Shown here: positions 9,833 to 18,188 of the stretch, piece by piece
Layout of the letters: the number at the start of each line of letters is the position of its first letter
How positions within the stretch are numbered: the first letter of the stretch is position 1
From: a virus
Taxonomy: Duplodnaviria; Caudoviricetes
Direction: 5' to 3' (one strand)
Virus record (IMG/VR): IMGVR_UViG_3300036820_000048
Span: 1 to 38,086 of that record
DNA length: 38,086 bases
Program-made: the position numbers and the translations under genes
The notes under the pieces: model-generated
What the model saw: only the letters and a program-made list of their open reading frames with translations
What the model was told of the DNA's origin: nothing
Database searches by the model: none

Positions 9833-12800
9833 ATGCTTTACCGGTTCTCGGCTGAAGAACTTAGCAAGTTCTGGGATCCCGACAAGCACCCCCGTGGCTG
9901 GAGAGGCGAGTTTGTCAGTACCGGCTCGATGAACATGCCTAGCCTAGAAAAACCAGAGTCAGGCGTAAAAAATCTTACGGACAATGGGCGCCCCAACGGT
10001 CTGGGAACTCCAGAAGATCCTATCGATGTCAAAGGCAATATCGATCGCGCGCTGCTTCTACTTGCTCAGGGGAAGAACGTCAGGCTGAACCACCCCGATG
10101 AAGTAACGATGATCGCCGACGACATTAACAAGCTGGGAGCTGACTTCAAGGCTCATGGCGAGAATATGCCGGATGTTGATTTCGGCAAGCTGACGTTGAC
10201 GGGTTCGAATTTGTTTACAGCCCAGTCCGAGGGCATCCCGAGGATGAAGATGCCACAGCTGAGCGGGATCGCGGCTCCGGGCAGCGAAGCTGCCCGGATC
10301 GCCGGTGGTGCCGGTAAGAACGTCGATTTGACTGACCTTTTCCGCAAAGATCTTGAAGCTCATGGCATTAAGGTGACCGATGAGATTGTCCCGTCGTCAC
10401 ACCTCAGAGCAACTCAGGATCAGCTGAAGGGCTCCAGCGTAGCTGGTATTGCTCAGGCATGGCTCGATGGCGTGCCGGCGGTAAAGCAGATGATGAAGGA
10501 GCCGATTTTCGTTACGCGGGACAACTACATCATAGACGGCCACCATCGCTGGGCTGCATCCATGGTTCTCGACGCTCGAGACGGGAAACTCGGTGATACA
10601 ACCATGGAAGTCCATAAAGCCGACATGGACATCGGTGCCGCAATCCCGTATGCTAATGACTTCGCGAATCGGATGGGGATCCCTCCGCAAGGACTGGAAG
10701 GAAACACTACTCTCGTCCAGAAAAAATTCGGTATGGTGCAGCACGAGAGCTATGGTCTCTGGGATACCAAGAAATCTGCCAAGACTCCAGAGCTCGCATC
10801 CGTCCACCGCCCGCTAGGAACCCACGGCCTATGGGGCGACAAGGCGTCGCAGCTGCCTGCCTATATCCAGAACATCGCTCACGCCATGATCCGGGACGGT
10901 CACGATGAAGGTAGCGCTATCGCGCTTGCGGTAGCAGCGGTCAAGCGGTGGGCGGCCGGGGGCGATCACGTAACGCCTGAAGTTCAGACCGCTGCCGGAG
11001 CGGCACTAGCGGAGTGGGAGAAACTCCGGGCTGAGCATGCCGGTAAATTCTCCGCTGCAGAGCTCAGCAAGATGTGGGACCCGGACAAGCACCCTCGCGG
11101 GCTCCGTGGCGAGTTCACCAGCTCTGGATCCGCGGCAGGTAGTCCGGCCCCGAGTCATGGCATGAACGAAGCCTCGGTATATGCATCAGCTTATTCGAAA
11201 CTGCTCTCAAAGCCTATCGACAAGAAACGGCTCGACCAGTGTTATGCTCTGGCTGGCAAGTATGAGATGAGTGATCCCGATGCTGATAAGCTGGTACACG
11301 GCAGCATTCAGGGTATGGGTCAGCCTCGGCTGGACCACGCCTGGGTGACGCTCAAAAGCGGCGATATCTGGGAGCCGGCTAGCAACCAGGTTTACACTCC
11401 GGCTGAATTCAGTGCCGTATTCCACCCTCAGGCCAATTCTAGCTACAGTCACCAGGAAGCCATTAAGCAGATGGGAGATTCGGGGAACTTCGGTCCCTGG
11501 TCGTCGCAGAAGAGCCGTATCACGCTTACCGTCGCCGAGCTCGCCAGGAAGGGCGATCTTGACATCTGGGAAGATGAGCTCCGAGATGCTCATGGTCGCT
11601 GGTCCCATTCCGGCAGTGGGGGAGAAAGCCTCCAGGAAGCTAAGCTCGAACCCGCTACTCGGCAATCCCTTGCTGTAGTGAGTAACCGATCCCAGGTCTA
11701 TACCGACGATCAGACCAAAAAGCTGGAAAACCGGGTAAATGAGCTCGAATCCCGACTGCAAAGGGACGAAACTTCGGCGTACAAGATGGACGGGCTGACC
11801 GACCTTGCCGGCGTCATCGCTGCTACCATACTCGCATTCGTTACCGGCGGCATCTCAATAGCGGTTATCGTAGCGCTAGCAGTCAGCCAGGCGCCAGTCA
11901 TAGTTCCCATCATCGCAAAATGGGTTAGCGCTCGTGCTAGCCATACCGAAAACCCATTTACTCCGCTTAAGCCGGGTGAGAAATCGGCGAAAGACGCTAT
12001 CGGAATCACTGCATCACGGCTGGCAGGCATCCTCATCGATGCCGGTCTTAATCCGATTATTGCTCAGAAATTCGCGACTGCGGTCGTTTCTAAAGCGGCG
12101 GCGGCTCTGGCGGCCGGAAAATTCCCAGGCGATGACGGTTTCTTTACCGCGGCGGATAAAAAAGAGATTCTCGACGCTATCGATCCGGCTGCTAAGAAGA
12201 ACGCCAGGGTCACCCTAACCGTCAGTGAGCTCGCTGAGCTGGTAAAGATCGGCGGTCCTGAAGGCTACATCCATGGGTACGTATGCGTAAGGCCGCCGTG
12301 CGGTAAAGAGCCAGAGAAGATCAAGCCAGCGGATCTGGCGGTCCAGAGGGATGGCGGAGTCGTTCACCGGCCGTCTGGGTACGCGGTCGGTCATGTAGCT
12401 AAGGATGAAACCGGAAAATGGACCGCATCTCATGCGGATGGCGCTAAGACTACTCACGGGTCACGTAGTAATGCGCTGAAGACAGTTGCTCGCCGGTATA
12501 ACTCCGGTAAAAACATCAGCAGTCTCGACAATACTAGCGCATCGGTAGAAGCTCCCATGAGACCGGATGAACTACCGCAATCGGTAGAACCGGTTAAGCT
12601 GCCACGATCGAACGGGGTAAGCTCTCTAGCTTTTTCCAATCGTCAAGGCCGGGTGTATACCGATACCCAGGTCAAATCTCTCCAGGATCAGCTTAACAAG
12701 CTTCAAGCCGAGCTTCATCAGGAGAAGCATAAAGAAAAGAAGATGTCCGTCGCTATTGAACTTGGCTCTGTTGCCGCTGCGATAGGGCTGGCATTCGTGA

Positions 12801-13207
12801 CCGGCGGCCTATCGCTCGGGCTGCTGGGACCGGCACTGGTCCACGAGTCACCTAACATCGGTAAAGCTATCGCGGAATGGATCCACGCTCGCCTTGGCCA
12901 TACTGAAAACCCATTTACTCCGCTGCGATCAGGAGAGAAATCGGCTCAGCCGTCGGTTACGACGATGCAGCAAGAACAAGTCGTCGCGACGCTGGCGCAG
13001 CTTTTCTCGCAGCCGGGACTTAGCCTGACTGACGCTCAGTCATTCTCAACGCTGGTCGTGGCTCAGGCTGCTAAGGCACTGGCGGCTGGCAGATTTCCAG
13101 GCGATGACGGGTTCGTCTCAGCCGATGACATACAATCTGTGAAGGATGCGCTGAGTCCCGGTCAAGCAGCGGTGAAAATCCGCGTCCGCGACCTTATTTC
13201 TCTTTGA
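9833..13207 (+). CDS. 1124-aa polyvalent protein: ParB/Srx-like, helical, transglutaminase/papain-like and two coiled-coil + hydrophobic hairpin modules
   Basis: NYIIDGHHRW; QCY...LVHG...HAWV...IWEP; duplicated module VYTD.Q.K.L...LAFVTGG...HTENPFTPL..GEKSA...ALAAG.FPGDDGF. Four tag motifs fall at domain boundaries. Confidence 0.8.
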   Translation: MLYRFSAEELSKFWDPDKHPRGWRGEFVSTGSMNMPSLEKPESGVKNLTDNGRPNGLGTPEDPIDVKGNIDRALLLLAQGKNVRLNHPDEVTMIADDINKLGADFKAHGENMPDVDFGKLTLTGSNLFTAQSEGIPRMKMPQLSGIAAPGSEAARIAGGAGKNVDLTDLFRKDLEAHGIKVTDEIVPSSHLRATQDQLKGSSVAGIAQAWLDGVPAVKQMMKEPIFVTRDNYIIDGHHRWAASMVLDARDGKLGDTTMEVHKADMDIGAAIPYANDFANRMGIPPQGLEGNTTLVQKKFGMVQHESYGLWDTKKSAKTPELASVHRPLGTHGLWGDKASQLPAYIQNIAHAMIRDGHDEGSAIALAVAAVKRWAAGGDHVTPEVQTAAGAALAEWEKLRAEHAGKFSAAELSKMWDPDKHPRGLRGEFTSSGSAAGSPAPSHGMNEASVYASAYSKLLSKPIDKKRLDQCYALAGKYEMSDPDADKLVHGSIQGMGQPRLDHAWVTLKSGDIWEPASNQVYTPAEFSAVFHPQANSSYSHQEAIKQMGDSGNFGPWSSQKSRITLTVAELARKGDLDIWEDELRDAHGRWSHSGSGGESLQEAKLEPATRQSLAVVSNRSQVYTDDQTKKLENRVNELESRLQRDETSAYKMDGLTDLAGVIAATILAFVTGGISIAVIVALAVSQAPVIVPIIAKWVSARASHTENPFTPLKPGEKSAKDAIGITASRLAGILIDAGLNPIIAQKFATAVVSKAAAALAAGKFPGDDGFFTAADKKEILDAIDPAAKKNARVTLTVSELAELVKIGGPEGYIHGYVCVRPPCGKEPEKIKPADLAVQRDGGVVHRPSGYAVGHVAKDETGKWTASHADGAKTTHGSRSNALKTVARRYNSGKNISSLDNTSASVEAPMRPDELPQSVEPVKLPRSNGVSSLAFSNRQGRVYTDTQVKSLQDQLNKLQAELHQEKHKEKKMSVAIELGSVAAAIGLAFVTGGLSLGLLGPALVHESPNIGKAIAEWIHARLGHTENPFTPLRSGEKSAQPSVTTMQQEQVVATLAQLFSQPGLSLTDAQSFSTLVVAQAAKALAAGRFPGDDGFVSADDIQSVKDALSPGQAAVKIRVRDLISL

Positions 13208-13289
13208 AGGATCTCCGTGACCCCCGTGTCCGGGAGTGATAAGCAATGTAAACACCTACGCAAGTGGGAGGATGGGGACTTCAGCTTCG

Positions 13290-13559
13290 ATGTGCCTGTC
13301 ATGTGGCTGTTACCAGCCAGATAATGACCACGGTGACGACCGGAACATTACGATGGCCGATCTGGACGCCGCTGCTGAGGCGGTGAGCATTCCGCCGGGA
13401 CAGGCTGCATCGAACATCGCGGATACGCTGCGGGTTCTTGGCACTTCAGCTGGCCCTAACCCGGTTAGTGCGGCGATGAAGAAGCTTCATCTGACTTGGC
13501 AAGAGCTCGAATCGGCTCCGCTGTGGGTTGCCGAATGGCTGGAAGAAATCGCCGAGTGA
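13290..13559 (+). CDS. Small Cys-rich hypothetical protein (start uncertain, 13272 or 13290)
   Basis: MCLSCGC..P...HGD N-terminus suggests metal binding; the stop overlaps the next GTG. Confidence 0.6.
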   Translation: MCLSCGCYQPDNDHGDDRNITMADLDAAAEAVSIPPGQAASNIADTLRVLGTSAGPNPVSAAMKKLHLTWQELESAPLWVAEWLEEIAE

Positions 13560-13834
13560 GCCACTCACGGCGTCATCGGCATAAGCGCATCGCACTAACT
13601 TGCCCGGCTTGCAAGAAGAAGACTCAAGCCAACACAGCTGCGCTGCTTGAGGCAGCAGCTCAGGCGCTTACTGCATGCCGAAACGCTGGCCTCAAGCTCA
13701 AAGTCCGGCATGGCATCCTCAGCTGCGAAGAAGGGCTGATTCTGCCGCTGGATGACGGCAGCTTCATCACTCGGACTCGCGTGTATACCGAGTTTAGTGG
13801 CAGTGCGCTGGAAGCCAGCGACGCCGACGACTAA
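13556..13834 (+). CDS. Hypothetical protein with CxxC
   Basis: GTGA overlap at 13556-13559, in frame with track ORF 13496..13834; CPAC motif. Confidence 0.55.
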   Translation: MSHSRRHRHKRIALTCPACKKKTQANTAALLEAAAQALTACRNAGLKLKVRHGILSCEEGLILPLDDGSFITRTRVYTEFSGSALEASDADD

Positions 13835-13851
13835 GAAGTTGCAGGGGAGAA

Positions 13852-16800
13852 ATGGACCCGAACCACGTCGCTGCCGGAGACCCGACTGGTGGCCAGTTTG
13901 CTCCTGCGTCCGGCAGCAGCAGCCAGCCGCCCGCTAAAAAGCCGGCTGCTAAGAAGCCGCCTACTAAGAAGCCGACTACTAAGCCTGCCGCTAAGCCGGC
14001 TGCCAAGAAGCCGGCTGCCAAAAAACCTGCTGCTAAGAAGCCGGCGGCGAAGAAAAAACCGTCTTCGTCAAGCGATATAAAGGCTCAAGCCGCTCATGAC
14101 TACGCTCAGGCAATGCAGCTGTCAGAGCAGGCACGGGCGCTTAGGCAGCAGATCAGCGCTCTGAAGAAAAAGTTGTCGAACCTTAACCAGCTGACGAACA
14201 GCGGTAACTCGGCGAGTACCAACGCAGCAAGCTCGGGGAGTTCAGGTTCAAGTACAGCTGCGACCAGCTCCGGTTCGACGGCTTCTGGCAGCTCCGGAAC
14301 AAGCTCGAGTAGCACGCCATCATCAAGCTCTAGTTCCAGTGCTTCGAACACGGCAGCAGCTAATCAGATCAAATCTCAGATCTCCAGCCTATCGTCTCAG
14401 GCTGATCAGCTGGACGCTCAGGCTGCTCAGCTTCGGCAGCAAGCGGCGCAGCTAAGCAGCCAGGCTAAGAAAGCAGCAGGGAGTCCTATCAGCATGACCG
14501 AGACCCTCGAGAAGGCCGCTACTCTGACGGGGAGTGGAGAGCTTACCTACTTTTCTTTCCCGATCGAGAAGGCAGAGCCCAACGAAGACGGCGACCTCGT
14601 CGTCTACGGCAAGGCGACCGACGGCAGCCTCGACTCCGATGATCAGATCGTAGATCCCGACTTTAGCGCCAAGGCGGTCCAGGAGTGGCTGTCCAGCGGC
14701 GGCAACGTCCGCGTTCAGCACAACCCTCAGCGAGATCCGGCCGGGATCGGTATTGAAGCTGAAACGGGGCCGGACGGCAGCCAGTGGGTGAAGAGCCTCG
14801 TCATCGAGCCAGTAGCGAAGCGCCTGGTCCAGAAGGGAGCGCTGAGGGCCTACAGCGTGGGGATCGCCAGGCCAGTCATCGTTCGCGACGGTAGCGCCCG
14901 CGGGGGCCGGATTACCGGCGGCCAGATCGTAGAGATCAGCCTGGTAGATCGCCCGGCGAATAAGAACTGCGGCATCCAGCTGGTGAAGGCGGCTTCCGAC
15001 GGCACGCCAGAGTGGGTCGGTAAGGTTTTCGGAGCGGATGACGAGATTTCCAAGGCGGCCAGCGACGGCGACGGCGATGTCTGGCTGAACCTCCCTGGCG
15101 ACGTGAACCTAAGCATCAGCCCCGTGGACGTAGCGAAGATCGTAAATCGCAATGCAGTTCGTAAGTCGCTTATTAAGGGAGACACCGCCAGCGGTAAGAT
15201 CGTCGATTCCGGCGGCCGAGATGTCAGTGACGTTCCTGACGAAGACTTTGCCGGGCCTAACCATACCTTCCCGATCAAGACCAAAGACGACGTCAGCGAT
15301 GCGGCCAGCTTGGCTCACCACGCTGATAATCCTAGTGCGGTGCGAAGCAAGATCAAGTCGATTGCGAGGCGGAAGTTCGACATGCAAGATGAGGAGCTGC
15401 CGCCGAGTCTGCATGACGGCGATAGTGGCGAAAAGGGCGCTAAGATGCCGTGCCCGAAGTGCAGTAAGCCGGCTTCCGGTGCGTTCTGCAAGTCTTGCGG
15501 TGCCAAGCTGCCAGCGGCTAAGATCGACGACGCTATTATCAGCAAAGATGACGGCGATGACAGTGATAGTGATAGCGGCGAGTCCGAAGGCCGTGCCTGC
15601 TCGTTGTGCAAGGGGAGCGGTAAGATCCGCGAAGGACACGTTACCTGCCCGAAGTGCAAGGGCGATGGAAAGATGTCTCCGGCTGATCAGGCTGATGCTG
15701 AGAAGGCAGAACGAAAGGCTCAGCGTAAGGCCGAAGAGGCTGCCGTCCGAGAAGCGCTTTTCGGTGATCTGCTGAAGAGCAAGAACGACAACGATGACGA
15801 TGAAGACGATGACAACGACAGCTCTTCGAGCGACGACGATGACGACGACAAAGACAATGACGACGATGATGGCGGCATGGATGAGGGACTCCACGCCAGC
15901 AAGAGCGGTAAAGATAAGAGCGGTAAGAACGGTAAGAACGACGACGATGATGACGACGATGACGATGACGACGGTAGCAGTCATAGCAGTAGCAGCAGCA
16001 GCGATGACGACGATGAAGATGACGACGACAGCCCTGAAGACTCCGATGATGACGGCGATGACAGCGGCAAGTCAGCATCTGCGAGCAGCCTGAAGAGGGC
16101 GCCGAAAAAGCCGAAGGCGATGAAGAAGCCCAAGAAACCGAAGGCGACCAGCATGCCGCCGGCTATGAAGGGCGGAAAGCCGGTTCCCGGCCGAGGCGTT
16201 ACCGGAGAAGGCGGCGTCGAAGCGGTGCCGGCTCATCGTGAGCCTGACGGCCAGTATATCGAATCCTTCGAGCACGACGCCGGACTGCCGACCGTTCCCG
16301 ATGATCAGCTCGAGCTGAAAACCGCCAAGTGGCAGCGCGCTATCGGCGCCGGCTCTGGCTGGGGAGCTCTTCACGACTTGACGTGCCCCGCATATCATCC
16401 AGCAACCGCGGCTAAATGCCACCCGAATGCTCAGTTCAGCGGAGTGGATACCGCCGAATGGCAGCGGGAGGCGATGAGCAAAGCAGCTGGAGCTCCGCTG
16501 GCTGAAGCTCAGATGGCTCACTCGCTGTGGCAGGCCGCGGCTGTCCTGAAGACTGAGGATCCGGCGCTGCTGTGGGACATCCGTCTCGAGGCTCATAAGG
16601 CATTCAGCGATGCTAACCCGGGGCCGGGAACGGGACTTACTCCGGTAAGCATCACCCCCGGCCGGTATAACCGGCCGTATCTCAGCGCCGGTCATGCCGC
16701 CCCGTCGCCAGGTCAATCCGGCCCGAACACCGCTACCGTTCCGACCGGTCAGCCTAGCGCAAGCCAGTACCAGCGGGGCTATCTTAGCGACGGTCACGCT

Positions 16801-17646
16801 AGTCAGTCTCCATCGAACGGTGGAGGTGGAGGTGGCTCTACGCCGTCACCGCTGGCACCCACCAGCGGGGTGAGCATCGTCGCCGATGCTAGCAAAACGT
16901 CGATCCCCGGCGAGCTCAGCTCGCGAGCGAGAACTTACTACACGAACTCTCAGCGAGACACCGCTAAGCAGGCCATGCAGGTTATGCACGACCACATCGC
17001 TCAGACCTTCCCGGATCTGTGCCCGATGACTCAGACTTCTGGCTCACCGGCTAATCCGATTCCTGCGGTAAAGGCGGCCGGTACTGAACCAGAAGCTCAG
17101 TCAAGCCGGAAGGCCAGCCGCAGCGAGCTGATTCAGCTGGCTGAGAAGCTGGAGAAGCGGGTCCTTAAGGGATCGCTGAGCCTCGAAGAGGCACAGCAGA
17201 GGCTGGAACTGGCCGCTCAGCCGGTTGCGGTACCGGTTCAGGCTATCAAGGCTGCTGTTGCAGCACCGCAGGCTGTGTCTCCAGACATCATCAAAACGGC
17301 GGTCGAAGAGGCTACCAGCGGGCTGGCGAGGGAGCTGAAGCAGCTTAAGAAGATGCTCAGCAAGCTAGGCGGAGATGTCAGCAAGCTCGGTGACAGCGCC
17401 GATCCTAATATGCGGGCATTCAAAGGCGTGGCAATGACCGCACCGCCACAGCAGCAGGCACTTCCGCCGACTGCATTCACGACTTCGGATAACTCGGTGG
17501 GCTATCCGACCATGACCCAGGCTGCGGAGCATGCCCAGGTCATGATGGCCCGGGAACTGGAGGACCAGGCCCGGAACAACCCCGACTCGGCAGCCCGGGA
17601 GGCTGCTTGGGCGGCGATCTACAAGATGCGAGGTCTTGTCCGATGA
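13852..17646 (+). CDS. HK97-type prohead maturation protease fused to low-complexity, zinc-ribbon and scaffold-like regions
   Basis: VVYGKAT...DSDDQIV...VQHN...LRAYSVG...EISLVDRPAN protease pattern; PAAKK repeats; CxxC pairs and CxxCxGxG; Asp-rich tract; coiled-coil C-terminus; lies directly before the capsid gene; GGGGAG RBS. Confidence 0.88.
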   Translation: MDPNHVAAGDPTGGQFAPASGSSSQPPAKKPAAKKPPTKKPTTKPAAKPAAKKPAAKKPAAKKPAAKKKPSSSSDIKAQAAHDYAQAMQLSEQARALRQQISALKKKLSNLNQLTNSGNSASTNAASSGSSGSSTAATSSGSTASGSSGTSSSSTPSSSSSSSASNTAAANQIKSQISSLSSQADQLDAQAAQLRQQAAQLSSQAKKAAGSPISMTETLEKAATLTGSGELTYFSFPIEKAEPNEDGDLVVYGKATDGSLDSDDQIVDPDFSAKAVQEWLSSGGNVRVQHNPQRDPAGIGIEAETGPDGSQWVKSLVIEPVAKRLVQKGALRAYSVGIARPVIVRDGSARGGRITGGQIVEISLVDRPANKNCGIQLVKAASDGTPEWVGKVFGADDEISKAASDGDGDVWLNLPGDVNLSISPVDVAKIVNRNAVRKSLIKGDTASGKIVDSGGRDVSDVPDEDFAGPNHTFPIKTKDDVSDAASLAHHADNPSAVRSKIKSIARRKFDMQDEELPPSLHDGDSGEKGAKMPCPKCSKPASGAFCKSCGAKLPAAKIDDAIISKDDGDDSDSDSGESEGRACSLCKGSGKIREGHVTCPKCKGDGKMSPADQADAEKAERKAQRKAEEAAVREALFGDLLKSKNDNDDDEDDDNDSSSSDDDDDDKDNDDDDGGMDEGLHASKSGKDKSGKNGKNDDDDDDDDDDDGSSHSSSSSSDDDDEDDDDSPEDSDDDGDDSGKSASASSLKRAPKKPKAMKKPKKPKATSMPPAMKGGKPVPGRGVTGEGGVEAVPAHREPDGQYIESFEHDAGLPTVPDDQLELKTAKWQRAIGAGSGWGALHDLTCPAYHPATAAKCHPNAQFSGVDTAEWQREAMSKAAGAPLAEAQMAHSLWQAAAVLKTEDPALLWDIRLEAHKAFSDANPGPGTGLTPVSITPGRYNRPYLSAGHAAPSPGQSGPNTATVPTGQPSASQYQRGYLSDGHASQSPSNGGGGGGSTPSPLAPTSGVSIVADASKTSIPGELSSRARTYYTNSQRDTAKQAMQVMHDHIAQTFPDLCPMTQTSGSPANPIPAVKAAGTEPEAQSSRKASRSELIQLAEKLEKRVLKGSLSLEEAQQRLELAAQPVAVPVQAIKAAVAAPQAVSPDIIKTAVEEATSGLARELKQLKKMLSKLGGDVSKLGDSADPNMRAFKGVAMTAPPQQQALPPTAFTTSDNSVGYPTMTQAAEHAQVMMARELEDQARNNPDSAAREAAWAAIYKMRGLVR

Positions 17647-17715
17647 TCCACCTGAATCTTCCGCCGGGCGGGCCCGATGGGTCGCCTGGCTAAGCAGTAA
17701 CTAGGAGAAATGTAA

Positions 17716-18188
17716 ATGGCAGCAACGCTTACCGACGACATGGGACTGGCTCAGCCCAGCCAAGTCGCGGCCCAGGCGGGGACGGAAGTCAACCGCTACT
17801 CCCGCTCGGGAGACATGCTTAAAGCCAGGATGCCCGCCATGGTCAAGGGTGCTGGCTTCGTCGGCAACGGCAACACGCCGCTGACCGACGAAATCCAGAT
17901 CATGACCAAGGCGCACCAGGCCACGCTGGATCTGCGCACGGAGACCTACCGCGGTTACGCAGACCGGTCTTCGGTCGTGAAGGGGCTCAACCCGAGCTTC
18001 CTCAGCCAGCACGGATACCTGAAGACCGCTCTCTCGGCTCCCAGCCTGAGCGAGCAGATCGCTCAGGTGCTGGGGCAGGCTAATCCTGACCTGGCTAGGA
18101 GCTTTACCGCCGGTAACCTCGGTATCGGTTCCATTTCGGGGCTGGTGCCGTTCGACCTACTCGCTCCGAGCCGACTTATCTATCCCGT
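17716..18188 (+). CDS. Major capsid protein, exon 1
   Basis: AGGAG RBS; ends ...FDLLAPSRLIYP-GT. Joining 18188 to 19108 restores IYPV-YTVFRNKLPR and a 1809-nt (602-aa) frame. Confidence 0.8.

Noticed and set aside
193-12307. Tag repeats as CRISPR repeats, DGR template/variable repeats or integron attC sites
   Set aside because: They are in-frame coding, irregularly spaced and diverge at synonymous positions. No cas, reverse transcriptase or integrase gene is in the window.
15109-16093. Long alternative-frame ORFs (poly-Val/Ile, Arg/His-rich, Met/Thr-rich)
   Set aside because: Shadows of the GAY-repeat Asp tract in the protease gene.
17663-17690. Hairpin between the protease and capsid genes as a terminator
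   Set aside because: Imperfect stem with no U-tract, in the middle of an operon.
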